From Zootoca vivipara (lineage: Eukaryota): a stretch of DNA of 64,000 nt. The position numbers and the translations under genes are program-made. The notes below the pieces were generated by a model. It was not told the DNA's origin. It saw only the letters and a program-made list of their open reading frames with translations, and did no database searches. The stretch is taken from assembly GCF_963506605.1 (NCBI RefSeq), contig NC_083276.1, forward strand, positions 71,114,001-71,178,000, written 5' to 3'. Positions 33,601 through 46,468 of the stretch are shown piece by piece. How positions within the stretch are numbered: position 1 is the stretch's first letter; each line of letters begins with the position of its first letter.

Positions 33601-33703
33601 TGGAGGGGAAATCCGCTAGATGGCACTCTCTTTCAGAATTTTAAACATTATTAGTAGGACATCTCTTACAACCTGAAAAGATTTCTGTGGAGCCTCCAAG
33701 GCA

Positions 33704-33755
<52 letters not shown>
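33704..33755 (+). repeat. (AAT)n microsatellite
   Basis: Directly visible. Confidence 0.95.
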
Positions 33756-34781
33756 TACTCAAGGGCTGTGTCTGGTTCACAGGCTGATGCTTGCATTAAA
33801 TCTGTTCAAGCAGATTTAGATCAAGAAAATAGTTTTGTTTTCTTGTACTGCTTTTAAGACTTGCAGCTAGCAGCCAATGCTCTATAAATGATGAAATAAT
33901 CAAGATAAAAACAGCAGCCTCAAACTCTTGAGTCCCTTTATTCTGAACCTCATGATCTTCTTTCACTAAAATACTATGAAAATATTTCATATGCAGAAGG
34001 TGGAAGGAACCTGCATTGGAACCTTGCAGTCCAGGAATAAAATTTATATAAAATGTCCAAATGCATTATTTTACTATGAGCAAATAACTTTTTGGGGATT
34101 TTTTCGGTACTAAAACAAGCAATAAAAGATACAATAAAAGACAGTTATAAAAACTGTGTAATGCTATGTAATAAACAAGCCTTGTGTTTATTATATATTA
34201 TTAGTACTACTCAGTAGGCTACCAAGAGACAGCTCACTGAAGGCAGGCACTTCTCTGACATGGAGATCTTCTTGAGGACATACCAAAGGCTTGAACAACC
34301 CTGATCTTATTTCACTGAACCTGGATTCTTCGCATTGGTAACTCATGAGGAGGCAAGTAGTTGTGAATTTCCCTCCTGCCCTTCACAGAAGTGCTGCCTT
34401 TAGTGAAGCAAGCAATAATGGAAGTCTTGCTGAATTCTGTGAAGCCAAAATTCTCCTGTTTATTTTTAATTTTTTTATGCTGACACCTCAATCAGCTCCT
34501 CCTCCATTGGCAGACTTTCAGCTTGTTCCAGCAGAGTTGCTTCTTGAAATGTTGCTGTGAGGAAGCTGCACAGCGAAGGACACAGACTTTTAATGTGTTT
34601 AGTTTTCTCCTAAATGTTCTGCCTTGTGAAGGCCACACCAAACCTGACTTCTCATTATTTAATCTGCCTTGGCTACTCATTGAAGGGCTCCTGAGGTGCC
34701 AGAATTGCCTTTATGGCACTGTTTCCAAACTTCTGCAGCTTTAAGGACCCAACCATTAAATGCCAACTATGGCTCGCAGGT

Positions 34782-35133
34782 GGGACACAGGTGGCACTGT
34801 GGGTTAAACCACAGAGCCTAGGGCTTGCTGATCAGAAGGTCGGCGGTTCGAATCCCTGCGACAGGGTGAGCTCCCGTTGCTCGGTCCCAGCTCCTGCCAA
34901 CCTAGTAGTTCTAAAGCACATCAAAGTGCAAGTAGATGAATAGGTAACACTCCGGCAGGAAGGTAAACGGTGTTTCTGTGTGCTGCTCTGGTTCGCTAAA
35001 AGCGGCTTAATCATGCTGGCCACATGACCTGGAAGCTGTATGCCGGCTCCCTCGGCTAATAACATGAGATGAGCGCTGCAACCCCAGAGTCGGTCACGAC
35101 TGCACCTAATGGCCAGGGGTCCCTTTACCTTTT
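34782..35133 (+). mobile_element. Sauria SINE, full length
   Basis: Highly similar to the 29313 copy; B-box-like GGTTCGAATCC; CCTTTACCTTT tail. Confidence 0.9.
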
Positions 35134-36916
35134 TATGGCTCTATGCTACTGAGTCGAGGCCGAAGCTCAACAGACTGATAGCAAGGTTGCCAGCTCTGAC
35201 GCAATGGGAGTACATGTGCTCCTGCGCCTTAGCTTCCATTCTATCCCCTCTGCTTGGAGGAAGAGAAACTCTTCATTGTTCACAGGTGACTCCTGCCTAT
35301 CCTCACACAGTTGTGCCATGCAAAGTCAGCCATATACTGTAGATCTTTCAGAGGAGGGGTGTTCTCTGCTCTTCTGCATGGTGTTGGTATAGGGTATGCA
35401 GGATAGAGCAACAGTCCATCTTTTGTCCCGCTCTTGATCTAACGGATCAAGGCAAGTTACGTTTCTGGTTTAAAGTATGTATCTAGTGTACATGAGGATC
35501 TTTGCAGCAGCAGAACTCAATGGACAGTTGCTGCTGTCAACAGGGAGAACAGATAGGCCTGGATTCAGTTCCCTACACTCCAAATAGATTAGTGCTGTCA
35601 GAGTTGGCACAGCTGATCTTCTCCTTGGCACTGCCCACGTCTTCAGCCTTAGGTGCTGGGTGTGGGCATTGTTGATTACCCCACATTTCACATAGCACTT
35701 CTTGCATTCAAATACACAATCTAGAAAGGAGATCTGTTTCCACAAGCCTCCTTCCTTGGGTATATCACCCTTCCTGGATAGAGTTATAGTGTAGCAAAGT
35801 CTGGGTTTTTCTTTCATTATATTGGTATTTAAAAGCTCATATTTTTCTTTACTAAGAGAATCTGATGAAAAACTGATATAATTTTGCTTGTATTGTGTTT
35901 GCCTTTCCTCATTTGAATTCTTTTTAATCCCTTGATTACTAACCCATTGGGTGAGGGGAAGCTTTTGGTGGGATTGATCCTACCCTTCCTGCTGCCAGGA
36001 CTCTTGCATTTAGCAGGTGCATCATGGAGAGAAATCTAAAATCAACAGGCATGCAAATGCTGTGATGAGAGAAGCTTCAAAGAGCATAGAATTGGAAGGG
36101 ACTACAAAGCTCATCTAGTCCAATCCCCTGCAATGCAGGAATCTTTTTCCCAATGTGAGGCTCGTGCTCCACATTGTGTCCACATCAAGTGTCTCCACAT
36201 TAAGTGTCTCATGCTCAGTTGCAATGTTTCGCACAGGGAAAAAGGAAGTGGCAACTCCTTTCCTGTGTGAAATTAATTTTACATTTATGTTGATATTTGT
36301 GTGTGCTTTTTTGGCATCAAAACCACATTTCATAAAACCGCTGCCTAGTGCTTTCTTGCAATGGCATTTGTATTGCTTTTTAAGATTAGGTTAATATGAA
36401 TCACTGAACATTCCTCAAAGCATATTTGTGGCTTGAATTTAAAAGACCATTAATTTGAAATGAATCAAAAGTTATGTGATACAGTTCTCATTTTAGCATG
36501 AGATGGTACATTCCAAACCATTGTTCTTATTCAAATTACATGCCATTTATTAGAACCTTCGGAACTGATGTTTAAATCAATCTTATTTAAAGCACATTAT
36601 ATATATATTTCTTTTCTTCTTTGACATGTTCCCATTACATTTAGGGGATATATTTATCACAGGCATGATACATGGGCATTTGAGTCAATAAAGTCTATTT
36701 ATAATTGCTAAATGGTCTAAAAGAGTCTGAATCAATTTTAACAACAACAAAACAAAACAACAAAACAAAACAACAACAAACTGTGCAACTTGGCGTCTGT
36801 CTACTCAGAAGTACGTATTGCCAGGTTCTGTGGGACTCACTCCTGTGTAAGTGTGTACAGAATTGCAGTTGAAAAGCAAGTTGACATTTTTTTTTAATGG
36901 GCATGAGGTAGTCTTT

Positions 36917-37306
36917 GCTGATCGCCGAAGAATTGATGCTTTTGAATTATGGTGCTGGAGGAGACTCTTGAGAGTCCCATGGACTGCAAGAAGATCAAAC
37001 CTATCCATTCTTAAGGAAATCAGCCCTGAGTGCTCCCTGGAAGGACAGATCGTGAAGCTGAGGCTCCAATACTTTGGCCACCTCATGAGAAGAGAAGAAT
37101 CCTTGGAAAAGACCCTGATGTTGGGAAAGATTGAGGGCACTAGGAGAAGGGGACGTCAGAGGACAAGATGGTTGGACAGTGTTCTCGAAGCTACGAACAT
37201 GAGTTTGACCAAACTGCGGGAGGCAGTGCAAGACAGGAGTGCCTGGCGTGCTATGGTCCATGGGGTCACGAAGAGTCGGACACGACTAAACGACTAAACA
37301 ACAACA
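36917..37306 (+). mobile_element. BovB (RTE clade) LINE, 5'-truncated 3' end
   Basis: RRIDAFELWCWRRLLRVPWTARRSNLSILKEISPECSLEG...LEKTLMLGKIEG.RRRGRQR.RWLD; (CAA)n tail; flanking AGTCTT(T/C)GC repeat. Confidence 0.92.
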
Positions 37307-37545
37307 AGTCTTCGCAGATTTGCCACCATTTGTGCTGACAGCACTTTGATGTTTCAGGACAAATATGCCTTCTGTTCAATTTCTATCACTAAGCTGGTTA
37401 AGAATACAGAAAGCATCATAACAGAAGAGAAAGGTACATCTTTACATGGAACTAAGATGGTGAGTATGCCTTAAACTGGGTTGCAGATTGAGCTAATTGA
37501 TAGGTTACCAGAGCTACAGTGAAGTAATACTTTCAATGACAGTGG

Positions 37546-37635
37546 CATAGCTGCCAAGTTTTCCCTTTTCTCGCGAGGAAGCCTATTCAGCATAAGGGAA
37601 AATCCCTTAAAATAAGGGATAACTTGGCAGCTATG
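37546..37635. mobile_element. ~90-bp hAT-type mini-MITE
   Basis: TIR CATAGCTGCCAAG; TSD GACAGTGG. Confidence 0.9.
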
Positions 37636-38003
37636 GACAGTGGGGGGAGAAAAAGATGCTAGCTGTAGGAACACAACACACTAAACAGTGTAAGGGTGGA
37701 TTCACATGGCCAGTTTCCCCACTGGACATGTGAAAGTACACCATAGGGTTTTGTTCATATGTCTTACGGATTGGACTGATGCAGGTTATGAGATGAATTA
37801 AGAGGAAAAGGAACCCATCTGTTGTTACTGCCATTTGAGCTTTGACTGCAGCAGCCCCAGAAATGGGAAGTTCTGGGGACATCTCTGTTGTCATTTTTTA
37901 ATCAGGGATGGGGTGCCAGTGGATTTTTAATACCTGAACTAAGGAGGATAAGAGCTGGTGCCCAGAATTACCTGAAGGAGAGGGGAGGAGCCAGGCTTGG
38001 GAG

Positions 38004-38093
38004 CATAGCTGCCAAGTTTTCCCTTTTCTCGCGAGGAAGCCTATTCAGCATAAGGGAAAATCCCTTTAAAAAAGGGATAACTTGGCAGCTATG
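38004..38093. mobile_element. ~90-bp hAT-type mini-MITE
   Basis: TIR CATAGCTGCCAAG; TSD CTTGGGAG. Confidence 0.9.
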
Positions 38094-38830
38094 CTTGGGA
38101 GATGTTGGGACAAGGGATTGGGGGGGGGGGGAACCTGGCTCCTTCATTTTAATATGAAGCCATTTTCTGTGTAAATGGCTATGAGAGCCAAAGCCTTCAC
38201 CTAGAAGATACCCATAGGCTGCATTTATTCTTCTCACAGGAAAAAAAAATCATTAGTTTTGAAGGGAGAAGTCCCTGTGGACAGCTTTTGAAAATATCCC
38301 TCATCACCAGTCCTTCTATAGTGTGACAAAATCTATTCACCAGCACTAATGCCTCTCTCTACAAGTATCCTTCACAGGTGCTCAGTGTCCACAATAACCT
38401 TGCATGCCAAAACAACTGCTTTCATTCTAGGGCTGGCTAGAATCATTTTGCTGCCCGAAGAATGGCACTCCCCTCCATCAAGGTGCACAGTATCCAAGGC
38501 AACTGTAATAAATAACTTTGTTTGCTTCCCATTTATGACATCCCAAATCTAAGGCAACTAATCCTACTCCACCTAATGGAATGACCTAGCTGAAACAACC
38601 CTGTTATCCAAGTTGTCTTTTCCACTGACCAAAGTCAGCCTACCAATACCACAACCTTCTCCCTTGGCTTTAATTTGCATTTGCACATTGAATGCACATT
38701 GAATACACTTGTGCTACTTACTTAGGCATAGTGAGCGGGGCTTACATTTTGGCGTGTAGCAATATCTACTTATAGATCAGTTAGGAGTTACTTCCTAACC
38801 CTGAAAGATTGTTCAGTGATTTGTATAGGT

Positions 38831-38966
38831 CAGGCACCCCCAAACTTCGGCCCTCCAGATGTTTGGGACTACAATTCCCATCTTCCCTGACCACTGGTCC
38901 TCTTAGCTAGGGATCATGGGAGTTGTAGGCCAAAACATCTGGAGGGCCGCAGTTTGGGGATGCCTG
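38831..38966. mobile_element. Palindromic hAT (Charlie-like) MITE
   Basis: Same family as 12242; TSD GTATAGGT. Confidence 0.88.
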
Positions 38967-39419
38967 GTATAGGTGGTAGGGGTGAAGGACGTATATTGTG
39001 AGCATGTAAAACAGGTATGGGGAATCTTGGGCCCTTCAGAACTGCTGAACTACAACTCCCATCAGCTCTAGCAAGCATGGCCAATGGGCAGGGATTGCAG
39101 CAGTTGTAGTTCATCAACATCTGGAAGGCTGAATGCTCCTCACACCTGGCACAGAGCCAGGGAGTTGGCAAGGCAGAGAAGGCACCTCTGAGAAATCGCA
39201 ACATATGACCTAAAACGTGGGGAGAGATATCAGAAGTACCATTGCTTTCCTCAATGGTACCTCTGATATTATAGGAAAAAATGAAACAACCTGTCCTTGA
39301 ATAAGTGTGCATAGGGAGGAATAGGGTTAGTATATTGTTATTAAGACTTCAAATAAAGAACCCAAGGAATACACATAACCAGAATTCAGAAGGAGTAAAT
39401 TTATTGCTGTTTAATTAAC

Positions 39420-39510
39420 AGGGCAGTCCTACACATATCTGCTCAGAGGTAGGCCCCATTGATTTCAGTGGGACTTACTCCCAGGTAAGTGTATATCTGA
39501 TTGCAGCCTA
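39420..39510. repeat. Short palindromic interspersed repeat (also ~3440-3495, ~10010-10085, ~36780-36870, ~54375-54460)
   Basis: Recurrent GCA.TCCTA..CAT.T.T.CTCAGA.GTA.G.CCCA.TGA.TTCA.TGGGACTTACTCCCAGGTAAG motif. Confidence 0.55.
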
Positions 39511-39708
39511 AAGTTATCAACTTATTTGTTAACAAAGGGAAGCAAGGTGTGTATTAACATATTTTGTCATTACAGTTTTGCATTTTTCTTTAAAATATGA
39601 CAGGAAGAGAATGAAAATTTTTAATTCAGCGATGACCCAAATGTTATTCCTGTCTGTCATAAAATTTTTGACTATCCATTTCTTTGGCCATCTGTCATTC
39701 TGCAAATA

Positions 39709-39798
39709 CATAGCTGCCAAGTTATCCCTTTTTTTAAGGGAAATTCCATTATGCTGAATAGGCTTCCTCGCAAGAAAAGGGAAAACTTGGCAGCTATG
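39709..39798. mobile_element. ~90-bp hAT-type mini-MITE
   Basis: TIR CATAGCTGCCAAG; partial TSD CAAATA. Confidence 0.85.
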
Positions 39799-42427
39799 CA
39801 AATAGACAAAGCCAGGTCTCTTGCTATGACAGCCTCAGTAGCACTGGGCCCTGAGAGCAATTATTCTAAATTTCTCCTTCCTTGTTCCCCAGCTAACGAT
39901 ACACAGAACAAAGGGAATCTATAAATATATAGATTTCCTCAAGCAATTGGAAACACAAAAAGTTGCATGAATAGGCTCATGCACATCTTCACCCAGACCT
40001 ATGTGAGAATTATATCACATGCTTGATTTAACAGCTGTTTTAGAGCCTCACTGTTTAACTCAGCAACAATACAGCAACCTCTTGAGTACCACTAAAGGCA
40101 AACTCCCTAGTCTCTCAGCATGCAAACCAATTCCACAAATTGGCAAAGCAGGTGCAGTTAGATTCCAACCTGTTTTGTCCCAATCAGCAGTTTAAAATAA
40201 ATTTAAACCCAAGTGTTCTGGGTTAATGAATTGCAGCCTAGATGTTAAAGCTACATTTCAGTATACCTTACAAACATCATCTTGATGCTGAATAAGGGCA
40301 CTTTAGGGAGTGAAAGCAATTTTCTTTCATTTGAAATCAACAAAATCTGTGTGGCATTTTTACAATTAAACAAGGATAAGTAGAGGCAGGCTGTAAAGAT
40401 CATATGGGAGATTAAGAGCACTTACATCGCTGGAAGAAATTACACAGATGTCGCAAACCATACAGGTGAGATATCAAAACAATCCTCAACTGTATTAAAC
40501 AATGTGATCATAATAACAGGCATTTTAGCACAAAAATGTGTAGCTTTTAATTTTTCTGTTACCAGAATGTAAAACCATTAACTTTGTTTGGCTGCTTTAT
40601 TCCAAGCCACATACTGTACTGCTTCTGTTTAGATATTGTGCAGAGGCTGAACAGCTATGCCACACTTGCTTGTGTAGCAAATATCTTAAAAGCATGCAAA
40701 TGTATTAAAAGGTACTTACATGCTCATGTAACGTGCATTTAAGACTTTACATTTGGAATTACAGTTCCTTTTCCTACACTGTTTTATTTGGTAGAATAAG
40801 GTAATATCTTTTTTTTATTAATACATATATGATCTGTAACTCGATAGTCACTCAGTCGAGTAACTTAAATAAGATCAGTTTGAAGAATTTTGATTTAATT
40901 TGATCTAATTTCATTGCATCTATTTGGATTAAATTACGGTAGTTAAAATCTAAGTGCATTTACTGATTTAGACTCCGATTGTCAGTTGAGTTCCATTATC
41001 ATTTTTGGTGTGGTAAATGCCACAATTAGGTTCAGTGTGATTACTGTATTGGCAATCACTGACTTGTCTCCAATAATAAGTACTAAATAAACGGCGATAA
41101 GAATTTATGTACTTTATTTATATCCTGCCTCTCCTCCAATGAATTCTGTACAAATGGTTCTCTTTTCTTTTCTCCTTGCAGCAACATTGTGAGGTAGATG
41201 AGGCTGAAAGTATTGACTGGCCCAAGGTTATCTGACAAACCCTATGGGTAAGTGGGGATTTGTTCCTGGGTAGTCCTAGATTGACACACTATCTACTTTG
41301 CTGTCTTTTGTATTGTCTATTAAAACAAAAAACATTACTGCAAGTGTATGATGGTGCTGTCAAGGCAGGCAAGCAAATTGTGTTGACAGCAAATTGCTTT
41401 ATCTTGCTGTTGCCATTTATTGACAAATATGGTTTGAATTTAAAGGATACGGAGTGCGTAAATATACTGCTTGCATATCGTTATTTATTTGTCTGTTACA
41501 TTAGAAATCATCTTAGAAAGTATATTTGTACAGAATGTCCACTATTTTAAAATGAGATTCTACTTAGGTCAGAAGGATCAATATTGGGTACTGAGTTTGA
41601 ATTAAGTTGAAGGATCTAATTCCTTAGTTCAAATTAAACTGGGTCAAAACTGAATGCGCCTACAATTTCAGTAGCAGGCAGCACTGATAAAAAGCTTATA
41701 AGGTTTATACTTGTGTTATGTAGGATTTGGAAGCTGGATGTGATAGACTAAATAAACACACTTAAGACATTTCATTTTACTGTTTACAACCCCCACCTGC
41801 AACTACTATATCTTATTACTGTCTACTATTTTTGGCATGAACTTAATTCCAGTAGAATTTAATTACAAAGTTAACGAGTGCCAATGAGATTATACATCAC
41901 CTAGTTCACTTGCAATTAAAATAAACCATGCAATATTATTTATGGATTAAATTAAATAATTATTTAAGACAAAGCACTGCAGTGTAAACAGGCACCCTTG
42001 TGTATGCAGCCTCTTTTTATCATAAATATTAATAACTTATTTCTTTATCATTAAGCCTACTTAACTTAACTACTGTACTGGAACTGAGATGCTTGTATAT
42101 GATGACAGTTAAAAACATATCAAATCTATGCATTGCCAGATGATAAATAATACAACTTAATACATAGAAAACGATTTCTTAAAAAAAGGCGACTTTCTGT
42201 TCAGCTTGTTTATCATCTCCAAGTGTTTGTGCAAATAAATAAGAAAGTCAAAGGGAGATGATTCAAACTCAGTGTTCCTTAGATGTCCTGAATCACACAT
42301 TTGTCTTGCACAAAACAGTATCTTACATACCTTGTGGAACCACAATCTGAATAACAGAAATAGAGGGACACATGGGTGTCCTGTTTGCTGGCTGTGTCTG
42401 ATACAGGAGCTGAATCTACGTGGTGTG

Positions 42428-43639
42428 TCAGGATGGTTCATCGGATATGCAAAACATGGGCTTTAACCTGACAGACCTTTTCCTAATAGTGCCCCTAGGT
42501 GAAAAGGAGATGCTGTCCAGGATGCTCTGGTTTTCCTCCAGTTGCCTGGCAGTGCAGCTTGGGGTGGGCACCTTCACAGTGTTGCCAAACTTGGAGTAAT
42601 CTACGGAGTACTGCCCATCCTCTTCGGCCACTATAGGCACAAACCTTTGTCCCCAGAGGATCTCGTCGGCCAAGTAAGACGTCCTGGCTTGAGTGGTGAT
42701 GCCCGTAGTTTCCACCACCCCTTCTAGGATGACAATGACTTCCAGATCCTCGTGGTGGTGGAGGTTGTCCGGGGCCACGTCGTAGAGGGGGCTGTTCCTG
42801 TCTATCACGTGGCAGATGATAAGCGGGGAGACCAGGAAAATGCTGTTTCCCCCTACCGGGTTCTCCATGTGGATGTCGATCTGGTTGAGGGGCACCACCT
42901 CCCCCTCGGGGCTGGTCGTCTTCCTCACCACCTGCATGCGGATGGTGGCGCTGATGATCATGCTCTTGCGCAGATCGCCCACGCGCAGCATGAAGCAGAG
43001 CTTCCCCTCGCGGAGCGCGATCACGGCGTGCTTGCTGAAGATGAGCGTCTCGGCTCGCCGGTGCGCCTGGGCCGTCTTCATGAAGATGCAGCCCAGCATG
43101 ATGGCGTTGATCAGCAGGCCCACGATGTTCTGCACGATGAGGATGAGGATGGCGGAGGGGCACTCCTCGGTCATCATGCGCCCGCCGAAGCCGATGGTCA
43201 CCTGCACCTCGATGGAGAAGAGGAAAGCCGACGTGAAGGAGCGGATGTCGGTCACGCAGGGCACGAAGTCCACCCCACCGCCCAGCTCCCCCGCGTCGCC
43301 GCCGCCCTGCCGGTGGAGCTGCTGGGTGCTCTGATCGAGGTCCCCGTGGGCGAAGGCTATGAGCCACCAGACCATGGCGAAGAGCAGCCAGCTGCACAGG
43401 AAGGTCATGGTGAAGATGATGAGCGTGTGGAGCCACTTGAGGTCCACCAGGGTGGTGAAGACGTCCTGCAGGAAGCGGCCCTGCTCGCGGATGTTCTTGT
43501 GAGCCACATTGCACGTGCCGTTCTTGCCCACGAAGCGGGCCCTCCTCTCCCGGGCGTGGTAGCGGGACGGATCCGGGACATCCTCGGCCAGCCGGGTCAG
43601 CACATACTCCTCCGGGATGATGCCCTTCCTGGACAGCAT
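42428..43639 (-). CDS. KCNJ11: ATP-sensitive inward rectifier K+ channel Kir6.2, intronless, 403 aa
   Basis: Starts [20 protein letters not shown] in the Kozak context GCCAGCCATG; TIGFG filter; C-terminal RKR ER-retention motif; lies just downstream of ABCC8. Confidence 0.98.
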   Translation of the reverse strand: MLSRKGIIPEEYVLTRLAEDVPDPSRYHARERRARFVGKNGTCNVAHKNIREQGRFLQDVFTTLVDLKWLHTLIIFTMTFLCSWLLFAMVWWLIAFAHGDLDQSTQQLHRQGGGDAGELGGGVDFVPCVTDIRSFTSAFLFSIEVQVTIGFGGRMMTEECPSAILILIVQNIVGLLINAIMLGCIFMKTAQAHRRAETLIFSKHAVIALREGKLCFMLRVGDLRKSMIISATIRMQVVRKTTSPEGEVVPLNQIDIHMENPVGGNSIFLVSPLIICHVIDRNSPLYDVAPDNLHHHEDLEVIVILEGVVETTGITTQARTSYLADEILWGQRFVPIVAEEDGQYSVDYSKFGNTVKVPTPSCTARQLEENQSILDSISFSPRGTIRKRSVRLKPMFCISDEPS

Positions 43640-44200
43640 GGCTGGCCTGCGCTCTTCTCCTCCTACAGCCCCCTGCTGCCCGTGGCCGCTGCGGCGGCGG
43701 CGGGGACGGTGTCGGAGGGAGCCATCGCTGCTGCTGTTGCTGCTGGTGCGCCTCCTTCGCCGCCCCTCCGACTGCCCTGGCCGACTCCCCTTCCCCGCCC
43801 CCCTTCCCCGATGCGCCCCCTCAGCTGCGCACGCCAATCACAGCCCTCTCCGGCTTTTGCAAAGGCGGCGGCTTTCCGCGGCTCTCTCTCGCAGCCAACC
43901 AGCCCGCGGCAGGACATCACCCGGCAAGCCAGGCACCATCTCCCAAAGCCGGGATCGCCTGCCTTGAGCTGCCGGCTCTGGAGAAGCCGGCGGCAGCGGG
44001 GGAGGAGCGTTCAGAGGCAAATCCGCTGGCGGCGCCGCCGCTCGGGCCCTGACTCTCCGGAACGCTCGCCAGGCGACAGCAGGGGACGCTGTCGCGCAAG
44101 GGAGTCCCATTATGGTGGCAGGGCCGCGCAGTCACGAGAATGGCCCAAAGAAGGAGCCGGGCGCACAAAAGGGATCGTAGGCTCACGGGGTTGCAAGGGA
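42750..44200 (-). promoter_or_regulatory. CpG island over the KCNJ11 promoter, 5' UTR and most of the CDS
   Basis: Very high GC and CpG; GC-box-like and CCAAT-like elements at ~43790-43840. Confidence 0.8.
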
Positions 44201-44269
44201 CCTTGGCGCTCATCTAGGCAAGGCCCTGGCACAGCAACTAACTGCTTTGCAAGCAAAAGGTTCCACGGT

Positions 44270-44404
44270 CCCTGGCATCTCCAGGTGTGGCTGGGGAGTC
44301 TCCTGCCTGTAACTCTTAAGAGCTGCTGCCAACCAGTGTAGACATTACTGAGATAGTTAGGCCGTTGGTTTGACGTGGTACAAGGCAGCTTCTTATGTTC
44401 CTAT
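44270..44404 (+). mobile_element. Squam3-like SINE 3' part
   Basis: CCTGGCATCTCCAGGT...GAGCTGCTGCCA.CCAGTGTAGACA...AAGGCAGCTTC.TATGTTCCTA. Confidence 0.65.
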
Positions 44405-44549
44405 ATGGACCAGGCCCTTGCTTGGTGCAGAAGCAGTGAATCTTTGAAGACCACTGTCTTCCTCCCCTTAACCTTCTGTTTTCCAGGCGAAATATGCCCC
44501 TCCTCCTAGCTGCCATGATGGGTGGCTGGGGAGGAGAGATCAAGTACAG

Positions 44550-44871
44550 CAGGGGTCAGCAAACTTTTTCAGCAGGGGGGCGGTCCACTGTCCCTCAGAC
44601 CTTGTGGGGGGCCAGACTATATTTTGGAAAAAAATATGATTGAATTCATATACCCCACAAATAACCCAGAGATGCATTTTAAATAAAAGGACCACATTCT
44701 ACTCATGTAAAAACACCAGGCCGGCCCCACAAATAACCCAGAGATGCATTTTAAATAAAAGAACACATTCTACTCATGTAAAAACATGCTGATTCCTGGA
44801 CCATCCGCGGGCTGGATTTAGAAGGTGATTGGGCCGCATCCAGCCCCCGGGCCTTAGTTTGGGGACCTCTG
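44550..44871. mobile_element. hAT-Charlie-like element with an internal tandem duplication of roughly 70 bp
   Basis: TSD AAGTACAG on both sides; CCCCACAAATAACCCAGAGATGCATTTTAAATAAAAG..CACATTCTACTCATGTAAAAACA occurs twice. Confidence 0.85.
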
Positions 44872-45054
44872 AAGTACAGTTTTCATATGCAAAAAGCCCT
44901 AGAACTCTTGCTCAGCGCACCTGCTCAGATAAGCTGCCTCTTTTACAGTATTTATCAAACACCAACCACTCACTGCAGTGCAGAACAGGGGCATAGAGGA
45001 GGTCTGGAGCAATTTCTCTCTAACGTGACAATATTTAGGGCTTTTTATTTTGGG

Positions 45055-45300
45055 AAATGGTGAGTAAGTGGAGCATGATAGAGGTGTATGAGATTAGACA
45101 TGGTGTGGATAGAGTTGTTCCCTAATACTCAGGGCAGTCCAATGAAGCTGAATATTGGAAGAGCCAGGAGACAAGATAAACAGTTTTTCTTCACACAGTA
45201 CATAGTTAAATTACAGCCACCACTCCCACTAGGTGTAGTGATGGCCACCAACTTGTATGGCTTAAAAGAGGATTAGACAAAGTCAGCAAGAGTGAGGCCA
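45055..45300 (+). mobile_element. CR1 3' fragment
   Basis: ATGATAGAGGT.TA...CCAATGAAGCTGAAT.TTGGAAGA..CAGGA...TTCTTCACACAG..CATAGTTAAA...ATGGCCACCAACTTG.ATGGCTT. Confidence 0.6.
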
Positions 45301-46468
45301 TCAACTCAGCTGTGCAGGTGACCTCAGCCTTTTTTTCTTCAGGGATCAACCACGCAGTTGAGTTCTTCATAGGGAACTCAGTCATGCAGCAAATCCAGCT
45401 GTGTTTGTACCTGTCCCACAACTGATGTCACATATAACTTCAGGTGTGTGGGGCAGGTGCGTGTGGTGTTGGGGCAAATTTGGGCTGTGGGTTGGAGGTT
45501 CCTCACCTGTGACCTAGACAGAGTGGAGGAGTGCCTACCCCTTTCTAGTGTATCACCCGGAGGAAGAAAGCACACAGATTAACGTGGAAAGAGATAGATG
45601 GTGGCATATTTGCTCACTTGTTGGTGCTCTCTTATTCCATTTGGGCTCAGAAGCAGTGGGAATGAACTTCATTAAAATGAACAGGAAGGGGGGGGGATAC
45701 GCCTGCATTTATGCACCAGTCTCTTGATGTGCAAATGCTAGTTTCCATGTTTAACAAATGTTACAGTTCCCATTATCACTGGTAATTGGTTTGCCCAAGC
45801 TCTCCACAACCGTTTCCTGAACACAAGATCTGGGTAAAGTTCAAGAGCTTTCTCTGGCTACTTGATTATTTTTAGTGTCCTTGGGACTGCCGAGATGTTT
45901 AAGTGTTCAGGCACTTCTTTTCATCTTTCACTGAAGGGATATTTTAAGATCCAAGCACACAGATATACCCTGAGTCAGATAAAAACAGTTAACATTAGAC
46001 ATATCCATTGAAGTACTTTGCAGGGTATTAAAAAGCACACATCCCCATAGGGAGATAGAAAATAGTATTTAATTGCATATGGGGCTGTATTTATGCATAA
46101 ATCTTCTGTTATAAATTTGTGCAGTGCTCTGTTACCTGTGGTAATTTATAGATAATAAATTATTAGAATTAACATCACCACCTGTGCAGGTACATAAGTA
46201 ACTCGGCCTTATTTTGCTATAGAATACATATTTTTGAGAGCGCATCAGACCTACTTTCAACAGCTTACATTGCAAAGGTATATTATACCATGTCTTTTAA
46301 ATGTTATAATATAGTAAACTGTGATTTAGCACTGAAGCAACAGACTTTCACTGCTGTATCTCCTAGAAGAATTTATATTAATGGAGGTTGTCTGGCCTTT
46401 TTGTAGTTTGTTGGTTCTTGCACAAGATTAATAGTCTGTGATATATATCATCTAGCAGAGTATACATA

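Noticed and set aside
29313-35133. tRNA genes suggested by A/B-box motifs (GGTTCGAATCC)
   Set aside because: These are the tRNA-derived heads of Sauria and Squam3-like SINEs.
43640-43837. 66-aa N-terminal extension of Kir6.2 in the ORF track
   Set aside because: It starts at a non-ATG codon and is low-complexity Arg/Gly/Ser. The conserved MLSRKG start at 43639 has a strong Kozak context.
42752-44341. 529-aa plus-strand ORF (and 42816..43334, 42495..43514) overlapping KCNJ11
   Set aside because: These are antisense or alternate-frame shadows of a GC3-rich CDS in a CpG island, where stop codons are scarce; no recognisable protein.
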